Sequence record: NC_023719.1
Direction: 5' to 3' (one strand)
Length of the DNA stretch: 64,000 nucleotides
Within the stretch, counting starts at the first letter, position 1; each line of letters begins with the position of its first letter. Position numbers and translations under genes: made by a program. Below the pieces are notes generated by a model. The model saw nothing but the letters and a program-made list of their open reading frames with translations. It did not search any database and was not told the DNA's origin. This document shows, one piece after another, positions 10,250-20,301 of this stretch.

Positions 10250-10624
10250 ATGAGTCAATTAACTGAAGAGCAAATCGAAGAAGTTGTAGAAGCTATATTC
10301 GATATGGTACCAGAAGATCTTTGTGGTATGGGTTATTTTGGTGAAGCAATAAAACACAATGGGTTAGAGCATCTCTTTACAGAAGAACAAATGAACACAT
10401 TTCACGAATGTCAAATAGTGTATGGTCCGTTGGGATCAGATGAAGAAGAAGAAGAAAATGAAGATGAAGATGATGACGGTGAAGACAATGGATGCGATTA
10501 CGAAGTAAGACATAGTTATCCATGGATGAGTGGTAGTTGGTATGACTATGAAGAATCACTTGATGAAAGAATTAAAGAAGAAATAACTACTGTAGTCAAA
10601 GTAGTTATTAAAAATGTTAAATAA
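10250..10624 (+). CDS. acidic hypothetical protein
   Basis: Cassette ORF with D/E tract. Confidence 0.85.
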   Translation: MSQLTEEQIEEVVEAIFDMVPEDLCGMGYFGEAIKHNGLEHLFTEEQMNTFHECQIVYGPLGSDEEEEENEDEDDDGEDNGCDYEVRHSYPWMSGSWYDYEESLDERIKEEITTVVKVVIKNVK

Positions 10625-10661
10625 ATAAAAAGCTGCTTCCTGTATATTAATTATACAGGAG

Positions 10662-10850
10662 GTGATTATAGTGTTAGAGAAGATCAAAAGATTGTTTTTT
10701 AAGCCTATGATAAAAGGTAACATAAAGACAAACGGTGAGAGAGTATATCATGTTCCTGGTGGGCAGCTGTATGATGCAACAAGAGCTGAAAAGATGTTTT
10801 ATACTGAAGAAGAAGCGATCAAAGCTGGATTCCGTAAGTCTAAAAGGTAG
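10662..10850 (+). CDS. small protein resembling the C-terminal IKGN..YHxPG domain of thermonucleases
   Basis: IKGNIKTNGERVYHVPGGQLY...FYTEEEAIKAGFRKSKR. Confidence 0.7.
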   Translation: MIIVLEKIKRLFFKPMIKGNIKTNGERVYHVPGGQLYDATRAEKMFYTEEEAIKAGFRKSKR

Positions 10851-10892
10851 GGGGTTAAACTCCTATCTTTTTTACATAATATATATTAAGAG

Positions 10893-11156
10893 GTGATTCA
10901 TATGGAAAAAGAAATAGATGTTCCCGAGCATGTAATAAGAGACATAGAAACAATCAGACGTAGCGGTAAGTACAATATGATAGATGGAGCTTCGGTGTGG
11001 TTAGAAATGAATAACAACCCTAGTATGGCTAAGTCTTTATTATGGTTAGCGGAACAACGAGGAGATTATTATTACGTAGATTATAAAAAGTATGTAGCTG
11101 CATTGGGTGAGCTTAGCGATTTAAAAAAGATGATGAATGATCTTGCAAATAGTTAG
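10893..11156 (+). CDS. DUF5049-like protein
   Basis: IETIRRSGKYNMID motif. Confidence 0.55.
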   Translation: MIHMEKEIDVPEHVIRDIETIRRSGKYNMIDGASVWLEMNNNPSMAKSLLWLAEQRGDYYYVDYKKYVAALGELSDLKKMMNDLANS

Positions 11157-11309
11157 AGAGACTTGGTCTCTCTTTTTTTATGTCTATAGTTTACTATAGG
11201 AAACTTTTAAATATAATATTTAAAAAACAGTTTACATGATAAAATTAACGATATATAATAGAAATATAAGGCAAACACCTTATAAATAAATTTTAAGGGA
11301 GTAGTTTAC

Positions 11310-11663
11310 ATGAATTTAAGCACAGAGAATAATAAGTATAATCTTGACTTGACAAATTCAGAGGAGTTAAAAGATTTTAGAGAGTGGTTAGAAAAGACTT
11401 ATCACGAAAGTTCTAAGAAAAACGTTAATTTACATGTTATAACAGAGACATGCTGTTATCCCGCAGAGATAAACGAAAGCAAAGGCAGTTTAAAAGATTG
11501 TTTAGATGAGTTATTTGGTTATTTTACAAAACCAGAAGATCCAACTTACGAAATTGCAGTTTACACGAAAGAAATCGAAGAAATCTGGAACGAAGATTTA
11601 ATATTTTCTACTAGAAGTGGAGTTAGTACTTACGAAAAAGGTGTACGTAAGTTAATCGGATAA
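11310..11663 (+). CDS. hypothetical protein
   Basis: Cassette ORF. Confidence 0.8.
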   Translation: MNLSTENNKYNLDLTNSEELKDFREWLEKTYHESSKKNVNLHVITETCCYPAEINESKGSLKDCLDELFGYFTKPEDPTYEIAVYTKEIEEIWNEDLIFSTRSGVSTYEKGVRKLIG

Positions 11664-11721
11664 ACGGTATAGAAAGAAAGAAATAATTAAATATAAGGGC
11701 TTCGGCCCTTTTTTAATGCCT

Positions 11722-11905
11722 TGTGCCAGATAACTCTGGGAAAACGAATAATATAAATATATAACCATGTTAATTTCGAATCACGAGAACCAATCTCTGG
11801 TGACTGGGTTTTTATTTATTAGGGTTACCCTGAGTATTTATTTATGGTATAATATAAATATATTAAAAATAAATAAAAAACCCAGACAGGGTATCTGAGT
11901 GAATT
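11722..11905. repeat. Two adjacent dispersed inverted-repeat elements (copies 3a, 3b)
   Basis: 11772-11803 is the reverse complement of the 9171/13039 motif; CCCAGA-N7-TCTGAGTGA at ~11880-11901. Confidence 0.8.
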
Positions 11906-11970
11906 AGAAGTTAGCTTTATTAATAATATATTAGAAAACACAAAAAAGGAGAGGGAATCTCTCCTTTAAT

Positions 11971-12528
11971 TTAGATTACTTCTTTATCTTCAGCTTCTGT
12001 ATTTTCATCTACTGGTTTTCCATCACGTTCACGTAATTCAACTCGGTCGAAGTCAACTGATAGGAAAGTTTTTTGTAGTTCACCAGTAGTTGGATGGATT
12101 AAGTATCCTTTGAAAGCATTTTTCTTCGTACTTGGTTGTTTAACTTGAACTTTACGTCCAATTAAATCTTTACCACTTACGATTTCCACAACATCTCCTT
12201 CTTTGAAGATAAATGCTCCTTCTTCTTCAAACCATTTTTGAGCTTTTGCAACTGTTACTCGGCGGCGTGGTTGGTTTTCACCATTTCCAGAAGTTTCATT
12301 TGTTGTATTTTCTTCAACTTCATCTTGGTACTCTTCAACTACTGGCATTTCAGCTTCACCATTGTTGATTTTAGTAATCATTTGGTTAACTTTTTCAAGT
12401 AAAGTATCTTTTGGAACACCTACGTATGGAATATTTAATCCTTTTGCTTTTTCAGCGATATCACGGTAACCCGCATCCTTCGGTAAAAGTTCCATTGCTA
12501 CCACTTCTGTGTTTTGAATTGTTTCCAT
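11971..12528 (-). CDS. paralog family A protein (N-terminal helical domain + KW(F/Y)EEEG + SH3/KOW-like domain)
   Basis: Clear homology to 33083 and 40972; start ATG 12528 after GGAGG. Confidence 0.9.
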   Translation of the reverse strand: METIQNTEVVAMELLPKDAGYRDIAEKAKGLNIPYVGVPKDTLLEKVNQMITKINNGEAEMPVVEEYQDEVEENTTNETSGNGENQPRRRVTVAKAQKWFEEEGAFIFKEGDVVEIVSGKDLIGRKVQVKQPSTKKNAFKGYLIHPTTGELQKTFLSVDFDRVELRERDGKPVDENTEAEDKEVI

Positions 12529-12733
12529 TTTCAATTCCTCCAATGTTTTATTATATTTTTATTATACCACATAAGGTCCATTTTGTAAATACCTTTTTTA
12601 AAAATTTTTAGGGATTTTTTAAATTTGGTATTTACCTTCCTTCCTTATGATTTAATAATATCACATTATATAGTAATTGTAAACTATTTTTTATGGTTTT
12701 TTTAGTAATGTTACTATATAATAGGAAAGAATA

Positions 12734-12958
12734 TTATTGAGCGCTTTTCTTTTCGTTAATACGATCAATAATTTCTTGTTTTCTTAAGCCCGTGTAATCA
12801 ATGCCTAGTTTGTGAGCTTCTCTAGCGACATCTTCAAAACTTACGTATTCAGAAATCTTTTGTTTGATTTCTTCAATACTTAATCCTTTACAATTAATAT
12901 AACATTTTTTTGCTTTTTCAATCCAGACTTTTCTTTCTTCTCGTTTAGTTAGTGTCAT
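12734..12958 (-). CDS. small protein with the family A N-terminal domain
   Basis: AHKLGIDYTGLRKQEIIDRIN matches AKELGIKYVGVKKEVIIENIN. Confidence 0.8.
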   Translation of the reverse strand: MTLTKREERKVWIEKAKKCYINCKGLSIEEIKQKISEYVSFEDVAREAHKLGIDYTGLRKQEIIDRINEKKSAQ

Positions 12959-13035
12959 TATCCCACTCCTTTTTATATTATGGATTAATTATATCACAAA
13001 AACTAGTCATTGTAAACTGTTTTTATAAAAAAATC

Positions 13036-13112
13036 ATTCCCTCAGGGTTGGTTCTGGTGAATCGAAATTTCCTTGGTAATATGATTATAAATACCAATTA
13101 TTCTCAGGGCAC
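13036..13112. repeat. Dispersed inverted-repeat element, copy 4
   Basis: CCCTCAGGGTTGGTTCTGGTGAATCGAAATTT. Confidence 0.8.
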
Positions 13113-13195
13113 AATATATTTTTTAAAAAATTATTTACAAAATATAGGGTATATGATATAATTAAATTATAAATAAATAAGGAGTGTTTTTAATA

Positions 13196-13843
13196 ATGAA
13201 GAGATTAATTAAAAAAGGCAATATGTCATTTTTTCATGGAACTGATTTGTCTTCGCTTGTTGGTATTATATCGCGAGGTGTCTTAACTAATTCAAGTGTT
13301 AGTGGGCAAAAAAACCCAATAAGCGAAAATTTTGGAGATAATGTATTTCAAAACTGCGTTTATTTAGCGAGTTCATATGACGTTGCTAAAACTTACGCTA
13401 ATATTGATGATGAATTTAATGAAAGTTTTATTGATTATTTACCAGTGGTTTTAGAAATTGAAGTTGATTTTAATAATGCTAATGTATTTATTGATGAAGA
13501 CGCTTTTGATGGTTGGATACCTAATGATGAAGAATGGTATAACTTCATGCTCATGTGTAATGAGAAAGGCTTATTAACTAATTATAGTGTATCTACAGAA
13601 GATAATAAATATATCTTCCCAAGCCCAAATGATATTTATAAAAATAAAGATTTAGAAATAATGAAATTGTATCCTATTGAAAAAGGATTACAGCAATTTG
13701 GAAATATAGCTGTAGAAGATGATATACCAATTTCTCAAATAAAAAATATGACAATTTATTTAGATGAGTCTAGAAAACTCTCATCTTCTACTATAACTTT
13801 AGATGAAATCGAAAAATTAAAAAATGAATTGTTAAGCTTATAA
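13196..13843 (+). CDS. ADP-ribosyltransferase-fold protein (H-Y class)
   Basis: FFHGT, VYLASSYDVAKTYA, VVLEI; MKRLIKKG leader; start ATG 13196. Confidence 0.65.
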   Translation: MKRLIKKGNMSFFHGTDLSSLVGIISRGVLTNSSVSGQKNPISENFGDNVFQNCVYLASSYDVAKTYANIDDEFNESFIDYLPVVLEIEVDFNNANVFIDEDAFDGWIPNDEEWYNFMLMCNEKGLLTNYSVSTEDNKYIFPSPNDIYKNKDLEIMKLYPIEKGLQQFGNIAVEDDIPISQIKNMTIYLDESRKLSSSTITLDEIEKLKNELLSL

Positions 13844-13948
13844 ATAAGCTAATTTAAAAGGAGAGAAGTTCTCTCCTTTTAAAAAATTGTTTACAAAATA
13901 TAAAATGTATGATATAATAAATATATAAATAGGAATGGAGTGATGTAA

Positions 13949-14305
13949 ATGGATATTACAATGGAAAAGTTTAATAGAGATAAACATAACTTTCCTGGTG
14001 AAAATATCGAGCCAAGTCATGTCTTCTATGATGGGGATAAAATTGTTGGTAGAGCTAAGTTAGTTGTTTGTGAAACAGAAGTTTATATTGCTACTATAAC
14101 TGCAGAAGTAAAAGGCTTAGGGTATGGAAAAAAAATGATTGAACTTATTAAACAAAAATATAATAACTTTGATTTATTAACTGGTGATACTACCCCTAAA
14201 GCTAGAGGATTTTGGGAGAAAATGGGTGCAATTATAGACGAGACTTATGAAGATTTTTTCTATATTCAAATTGATCCAGATAAAAATATTAAGCCTATTT
14301 TTTAA
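13949..14305 (+). CDS. GNAT-family acetyltransferase
   Basis: VYIATITAEVKGLGYGKKMIE (motif A); KARGFWEKMG. Confidence 0.8.
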   Translation: MDITMEKFNRDKHNFPGENIEPSHVFYDGDKIVGRAKLVVCETEVYIATITAEVKGLGYGKKMIELIKQKYNNFDLLTGDTTPKARGFWEKMGAIIDETYEDFFYIQIDPDKNIKPIF

Positions 14306-14404
14306 AGAAGGAGTAACTTCCTTCTTTTTTATTTAAAAAATAGTTTACAATACAATAGTAATGTGATATAATTAAATTATAAATAAAGAAATGGAGTGGT
14401 TTAA

Positions 14405-14872
14405 ATGAAATTTAAAAAAGAGTTATTAAGTAAAATAAGTTGTTTTTATGACCATTTAATAACAGAGTATGGGTCAGAAATAGATACAAATAAGCGTTCC
14501 AAAAGTATTGGTGGAACTTATTATGGTTCAACTCAATTATATAGCACTCAATCAGCTATGTTTGAAAAAGAAGAGGGATTTGTAAACCATGGATATGGTG
14601 GAAGTAGAACTGCTTATGATTTTGCAATAAAAGTTGGTGGTTTAAACTATGATGAGTTTAGAGGTATTTGCCATGACCTTTATGCTGAGTTTGTAAATGG
14701 CATAGAAGATATTTTATTTGAATATGGTTTTGTATTAATGGAAAATAGAGAAGGGTTTAGGAATTTTGGAATAAAAGAAGGAAATGAGCGTTATTCAATT
14801 TTCTTAAACAACAAAGTAACTCATGGTACAAACTTCTCAGTACATTGTGGATTTAAATTAACTAAAGTATAA
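14405..14872 (+). CDS. hypothetical protein
   Basis: Cassette ORF. Confidence 0.85.
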   Translation: MKFKKELLSKISCFYDHLITEYGSEIDTNKRSKSIGGTYYGSTQLYSTQSAMFEKEEGFVNHGYGGSRTAYDFAIKVGGLNYDEFRGICHDLYAEFVNGIEDILFEYGFVLMENREGFRNFGIKEGNERYSIFLNNKVTHGTNFSVHCGFKLTKV

Positions 14873-15039
14873 GGGTGCCATCTTGGCCCCTTTTTTTATT
14901 TTTATATATGAATTATAATAAAGAAAATTGGAATTAAATCTGGGTGATTCTAGTGATTTAAAAATAATTGTAAAAACTATTTACATAATACTATTGGTAT
15001 GATATAATAAATATATAAATAAGGAATGGAGTGGTAAAT

Positions 15040-15360
15040 ATGAATCAAAGAGCAGCAAAAAGAGAAATGGACAATTTAATGGGAATTTCAGAAGAGATGG
15101 ATAATAGGTTTAATTCTAAAGAGTTAACTCCTCAATTGAGAAAAGAGTTATTTCAGTATATAAAGAACTTAATATCCAATGTTGGAATGGTACGAGAAGA
15201 TAAAGATAAAACAATTCAACTTTGGGTAAGTCAATCTTATAAAGATTACAAGATGGCTCCTGATATCGTAATTTATGAAGAAAAAGGTTGTGTATTTATT
15301 CATGATGAAATTCTTTGGAAAACAATTTCAGGGTTAAATGAAGTCGTAAGAGGGGATTAA
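15040..15360 (+). CDS. hypothetical protein
   Basis: Cassette ORF (track 15031; ATG 15040). Confidence 0.8.
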   Translation: MNQRAAKREMDNLMGISEEMDNRFNSKELTPQLRKELFQYIKNLISNVGMVREDKDKTIQLWVSQSYKDYKMAPDIVIYEEKGCVFIHDEILWKTISGLNEVVRGD

Positions 15361-15435
15361 TTCCTCTCTTTTTTTTAAAAACAGTTTACATAATGCTAGT
15401 TATGTGATATAATAAATATATAAATAAGGAATGGA

Positions 15436-16161
15436 GTGATAGGGATGGCTACTAATGGAGTTTATGGTTTTAGAAAGAACGGAGTAGAAAAGTTGAATTA
15501 TCAGCATGGTGATGCTTATTTGGAATGCTTAGGTAGAGAAATACTGCAATTTATTAAGTTAGTAGAAACAAAGAGAATGATTAGTTGCTTTGACAACATA
15601 GAGATGAAAGAGGGTAATTCAGATTTTGAATATGTAGATTTAGGTCTTTACGTTACTGGTGAAGAAACCTCTATGATCAATGGTGATAAGTATTATGCAG
15701 ATTATAAGTATATATTAGATTTGGATAAAAAAGTATTAGAATATAAATGTCCAGGTGGCGTTTTTGAAATTAGTTTTAAATTTATTAAAAGCAATAAAAT
15801 CGATTCTATAATGGAATTTATTGAAGTTGAAGAATTAAAAAAGAAATTTGATTCTCTAGAGTTGGAAAAACTTATTAGTAAAGCATTAAAAGATAAAAAC
15901 AACTTTTTCGTTTTAGAGATTGATAGATGTAATGATTTTGATTTTACAAGTCGTTATTCTGAAGATTTCTGTCAAGAGTGCAATCACATTGACAATGATA
16001 TTGACGAAGAAGATATTAGTGAAGATACTAAGTACATTCTTCTCTGGGATGTTGGTCGTCAAAATATTACCATTGACACTTTAGATCCTAAAATTAAAGC
16101 TGTAGTTGAGAAAGTAGAAAGAAAACATGACATTAAAATACAATCATTAAATATTTTTTAA
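15436..16161 (+). CDS. hypothetical protein
   Basis: Cassette ORF; GVYGFRKNG...HGDAYLECLG. Confidence 0.85.
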   Translation: MIGMATNGVYGFRKNGVEKLNYQHGDAYLECLGREILQFIKLVETKRMISCFDNIEMKEGNSDFEYVDLGLYVTGEETSMINGDKYYADYKYILDLDKKVLEYKCPGGVFEISFKFIKSNKIDSIMEFIEVEELKKKFDSLELEKLISKALKDKNNFFVLEIDRCNDFDFTSRYSEDFCQECNHIDNDIDEEDISEDTKYILLWDVGRQNITIDTLDPKIKAVVEKVERKHDIKIQSLNIF

Positions 16162-16225
16162 AAACTGTTTACAACTATTTGATAGTGTGATATAATAAAA
16201 ATATAAATAATAAAGGAGTGGGCTA

Positions 16226-16615
16226 ATGGAATATTTATTTGGTGGAGAAGTTAGTGTAAAAGAAGTTAATGGGGAAGAAATTGTAGTTTGTGAAAACTTT
16301 GATACAAAGGAAGCTTTAGAATACATGCAAGAAGAGATGGGTGAAGAAGAAGAGCTAAACAAAATCTTATCCAATATGGAAATTACTTATGTGGAACATC
16401 CACGAGAAGAGGATGGATGCCCTGGAGTATATATGAAGCTTAAGGGTAAATACAAGGGCGAATCATTCGATTTAGAAATCAATTATGATGATCACGATGA
16501 AGAGGCTCAAGAAGCTCAAGGGTTCCCATATATTAATGCTCCTCAAGAATTAAAAGAAGACATTAATAAGTTTATGTGGGGCGGAGATTGGACAACAGCA
16601 TTATTCTGGACATAA
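16226..16615 (+). CDS. acidic hypothetical protein
   Basis: Cassette ORF. Confidence 0.85.
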   Translation: MEYLFGGEVSVKEVNGEEIVVCENFDTKEALEYMQEEMGEEEELNKILSNMEITYVEHPREEDGCPGVYMKLKGKYKGESFDLEINYDDHDEEAQEAQGFPYINAPQELKEDINKFMWGGDWTTALFWT

Positions 16616-16715
16616 CATAGGGGGGATTAATTCCCTCTTTTTTTATTTAATTTTTAAAAAACAGTTTACATAATACTAGTTATATGATATAATAAATATA
16701 TAAATAAGGAATGGA

Positions 16716-16943
16716 GTGATAGTTATGGATTTAAAAGAACAATTGAAACAAACAATAAAAGAATATGGAAATGAGCTTAGTGCTCAATTTAGCGATGGTC
16801 TTATTGATAGAATTGCTGAACACATGGAAGAAAGATATAAGCTAAAAGGTCTTAATCAATCTGAACTGGATGACTTTTTGGATAGTGACGCTATAGGAGA
16901 AGCTGTTAGTTTCTTCTGGAATGATTACTTAAATGAAGAATAA
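16716..16943 (+). CDS. hypothetical protein
   Basis: Cassette ORF. Confidence 0.8.
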   Translation: MIVMDLKEQLKQTIKEYGNELSAQFSDGLIDRIAEHMEERYKLKGLNQSELDDFLDSDAIGEAVSFFWNDYLNEE

Positions 16944-16983
16944 TATGAAGGGGGAAACCCCTTCCCAAAAAGGAGTGTTTTAA

Positions 16984-17313
16984 ATGACAAATCTTATAGA
17001 TGCAAATATTAAAAATGAAGAAATACGCGAAAAATTTAATCAATTTGTAAGTAAATTAAAATCAATGGGTTGTGGGGTTCTTGTTTGTAAGACTTGGAGT
17101 ACTCAATTAGCTATACGTTTTTCTAAAAACATACGTTTAGATGAAGCAACCTGTAGTGAAGTATTGATAGATGTTAGTCATGGAGAAGTAAAATGCATTC
17201 GTGTAGATATGACTGAAGGAGAAAATCAAATTAACTTCTCTCATGATGTAAGAGAAATCAGACTTGATAGAATGTTTAAAATACTAGAGAGAATTATTGT
17301 TTGGATAAGTTAA
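16984..17313 (+). CDS. hypothetical protein
   Basis: AAGGAGTG RBS. Confidence 0.8.
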   Translation: MTNLIDANIKNEEIREKFNQFVSKLKSMGCGVLVCKTWSTQLAIRFSKNIRLDEATCSEVLIDVSHGEVKCIRVDMTEGENQINFSHDVREIRLDRMFKILERIIVWIS

Positions 17314-17390
17314 ATTATTTTAAAAAACAGTTTACAAAATGATAGTTGTATGATATAATTAAATTATAAATAAGGAATGGAGTGATTTAG

Positions 17391-17606
17391 ATGTTAGATG
17401 GAATTTTATATAACATTATTTATTCAGAGAGAGAAGGTACTATTAGATTTCATAATGATGAAAAAAGTCCAATGAAATGTTCAAATGGTGAAAGATTGAT
17501 TGGGCAAGTTCAAGGTTCTGAAGATGCATATGGAGTTGCAGATGTTATTAGAATACTTAGACCTGATTTAAAAACTAATGACAGTGAGATAGTGGGAGAG
17601 GAGTAA
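17391..17606 (+). CDS. hypothetical protein
   Basis: Cassette ORF. Confidence 0.75.
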   Translation: MLDGILYNIIYSEREGTIRFHNDEKSPMKCSNGERLIGQVQGSEDAYGVADVIRILRPDLKTNDSEIVGEE

Positions 17607-17637
17607 ATCCTCTCTTTTCTTTTTAGGAGAGTGCATA

Positions 17638-17727
17638 GTGGAATTTTTCATAATCTTATTTCTTACAGCATTGTTTACCGCTACAATAGCTTTTTCTCTT
17701 TGGGTCTTATTGGATCATTGGGACTAA
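17638..17727 (+). CDS. 29-aa single-TM micropeptide (not in track)
   Basis: AGGAGAG RBS; MEFFIILFLTALFTATIAFSLWVLLDHWD. Confidence 0.6.
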   Translation: MEFFIILFLTALFTATIAFSLWVLLDHWD

Positions 17728-17835
17728 AAGCGAAGCATAATTTATCTTTATTTTTATAAAAAACTTTTAATTAAAAAACAGTTTACAATATTTTCAATAT
17801 ATGATATAATAATCATATAAGGTAAGAAGGGAGTA

Positions 17836-18345
17836 ATGGATATGTCAGTAGTGAAATGGTGGGTGGAAAATGATTTAAGCGCAGTTGAGCAAGGTAAAAT
17901 GAAAAGACGCGCAGAAACTACATTGTCTGATATTTTGTTGAACTGGGGAAAAGACGCTACAGCTGCAAAAGAAACGCATGTTAAATTCATCAAAGTAACT
18001 AACGGAAGAAGTAAAGCTATTGAGTTTGAAATACACACTTCTGAACCAATTACAAAAAAAGAAAATCGTATGTACCAAAACATTCCCATCATTATAGGTA
18101 AATATCAATTAGTTTTTAGAAGAGCAAATTTAAAAAGAAAAGATGGACCTCAAGGGAACTCTATTAATATACAAATTGCAAGAGAAAAATTAGACGATAT
18201 TTTGGATTCTCATCCAATTTCAGCGTTTAAAGCTGCAAATAGAAACTGGGTTGATTTAGATGAGTTGAATGTTATGTTAATGGAAATTGATGAATTTATG
18301 CAAGAAATAGAAAGTTATGAAGTTATGGATACATTAATGTTTTAA
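17836..18345 (+). CDS. hypothetical protein
   Basis: Cassette ORF. Confidence 0.85.
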   Translation: MDMSVVKWWVENDLSAVEQGKMKRRAETTLSDILLNWGKDATAAKETHVKFIKVTNGRSKAIEFEIHTSEPITKKENRMYQNIPIIIGKYQLVFRRANLKRKDGPQGNSINIQIAREKLDDILDSHPISAFKAANRNWVDLDELNVMLMEIDEFMQEIESYEVMDTLMF

Positions 18346-18378
18346 AAAAAGAATTAAGAAAAAAAGGATAGATTATTT

Positions 18379-18549
18379 ATGAGTAAAGATATTATTAACC
18401 TAGGGTTATCAAATTTTACAGGAAGTCTATATGCAATAAAGAGAGATGGTAAGTATTTTTTAATCCTAGGAAATTACTTAGATGACAAAGAACGCGAAAT
18501 TAGTGAAGAATTTTACTTATCAATTGTTAATGAATTTGTTAAAAAATAG
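18379..18549 (+). CDS. 56-aa hypothetical protein (not in track)
   Basis: AAAGGA RBS; MSKDIINLGLSNFTG... Confidence 0.6.
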   Translation: MSKDIINLGLSNFTGSLYAIKRDGKYFLILGNYLDDKEREISEEFYLSIVNEFVKK

Positions 18550-18680
18550 TTTACATAATATTATGACTATGATATAATTTATACAATAATAGTACATTAA
18601 ATTATAATTATTTGAATCACTGTAGTTCATTCTCAGTGATTTTATTTAAAATATAAATATATTTATTGAGAGGATGAAAA

Positions 18681-19016
18681 ATGATGTTAGAAGCAGCATT
18701 AGTATTAGATAAAGAAGAATTAATTCAATATAAAGAATTCTTAATGGATAAAACAAATTTAAATCAAAAAGAACAATTTACATTATATAAGGTTAATTTA
18801 GCTCTTCAAAAAATCAAAGAAACAGAAGATTTGATGAATAAACCTGTCTTATTTAATGCTGTTTATGATTCAGGTGTTGGCTTTTATGATGGGGTAACAC
18901 GTGGTCAAGAGTACCCTGTGCTTGAAGAATTAGAAGATCAATATGTCATCATTAATGATAATCTTAAAATGAGCATGTTAAATAAATCTAAGTTTACAAG
19001 ACCTGAACCCCATTGA
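18681..19016 (+). CDS. hypothetical protein
   Basis: GAGAGG RBS; no canonical terminator before the downstream RNA. Confidence 0.8.
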   Translation: MMLEAALVLDKEELIQYKEFLMDKTNLNQKEQFTLYKVNLALQKIKETEDLMNKPVLFNAVYDSGVGFYDGVTRGQEYPVLEELEDQYVIINDNLKMSMLNKSKFTRPEPH

Positions 19017-19019
19017 TAT

Positions 19020-19690
19020 GTTCCACTTGCTTAGCAAGTTCCACAGAGAGGTTATCCAACCTCTCGCCTTCTCTCTTTTCTTTTGCTTCTTTTTTTTGAT
19101 CTCTTCTTTGATCTCAAGATGTACTTAACACTTCTTCAGGTAGGCAAGCTTGAAGTGTAGAAGTGGACACACTTCTATCCCCCTGACAGTAGAAAACACT
19201 CAAGAAATACGAGAGAGCACACTACTATCTAAAAGGGGAGATCACTTAACTCTTCTTCAGTATAGGCTAAGAATTTCGTGCCGTAGCGTATCTTTTGCAA
19301 GACTCTTCCAGGTCTGTCGTTACAGAGTATGTTATTTCTAATATTTGGCTACGTTCCCTCACTTGCAGCTTAATTATGAATCCAACAGTTTCCAGTGGTA
19401 ATTAAGAAGCATCACAGGACGGTTAACTAACATGGTGAGTGTTAGTTGCTTCTGGAAATGATTGACGTTCCCCATCTAACGGACCATCTATGGACTGGTA
19501 TCACCATTCACTATTACCATGAGTTTATCCATAGGTGGTCACTATCCACTACTCCTCAGTTGACGGCTGAACAGGTTTTGTAAAGTATCTTTTAGATCAA
19601 CTTCATTGTTAAGAGTTTAGATACTTAGCTACAATCGTTATTACACACAAAAACCCTTACTAACAACGTACGCTAGTAAGGGTTTTCTAC
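19020..19690 (+). ncRNA. candidate large, highly structured ncRNA
   Basis: No credible ORF; GC-richer; many 6-13 bp stems; G-U pairs favour plus strand; terminator 19650-19690. Confidence 0.7.
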
Positions 19691-19694
19691 TTTG

Positions 19695-19875
19695 CAAATT
19701 TGCTCACTAAAAATTTAAATATCTTTTAAGATATTGTTATAAAATGAGTGCCACTTTCATATAATGTATATGAAAGAGCTTTGGAAAATAGAAAACAACT
19801 AGTACCAGTAGTTGTTATTCTAGTTATTGAGATGCTGTCAACATTTCAATAACCCAAGTTCTTTTTTATTTTGAA
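19695..19875 (+). ncRNA. tandem hairpin array downstream of the large RNA
   Basis: Back-to-back stems such as CTTTCATATA/TATATGAAAG, AACAACTA/TAGTTGTT, GTTATTGA/TCAATAAC. Confidence 0.5.
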
Positions 19876-20055
19876 CTTAACGAGTATTATGTATTTTTTT
19901 ATCTTTACGTTTATTGAATACAAGTTGTTTTATGCAATATAACCATTTTTACATACTTATTTACAAAGACAACTAAAATTTATTTAAAAAACAGTTTACA
20001 AACTATGCATATCGTGATATAATTAAATTATAAATAAGGAACGGAGTGACGTAAA

Positions 20056-20301
20056 ATGAAAATCACAGTAAAGTTTATTCAAGAACGCAACGAAGATGGC
20101 GAGAGATATTATGCTTTTCTTGATAGAAGCAGAAATGAGTTTCGTTTATATATAGAGAATAAAATTGATATGAAAATATACGAATGGTACGAAATAAGTG
20201 CAACAATTCTAGGAGAAGGTTATAGTTCACCAGTAGAATCACAAGCGATTCATACGATTATTACGGATGTAAAAGTAATTAGACAAGTTGAAATTGAGTA
20301 A
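20056..20301 (+). CDS. hypothetical protein
   Basis: Cassette ORF. Confidence 0.8.
   Translation: MKITVKFIQERNEDGERYYAFLDRSRNEFRLYIENKIDMKIYEWYEISATILGEGYSSPVESQAIHTIITDVKVIRQVEIE

Noticed and set aside
19117-19262. Hammerhead ribozyme (CUGAAGA twice on the minus strand)
   Set aside because: No GAAA after a stem II, and G-U pairs favour the plus strand.
19150-19341. Track ORF of 63 aa
   Set aside because: No RBS, atypical composition, lies inside the structured RNA.
19020-19690. tmRNA, RNase P or group II intron
   Set aside because: No tRNA-like ends or ALAA-type tag, no GAGGAAAGUCC P4 strand, and no recognisable domain V.
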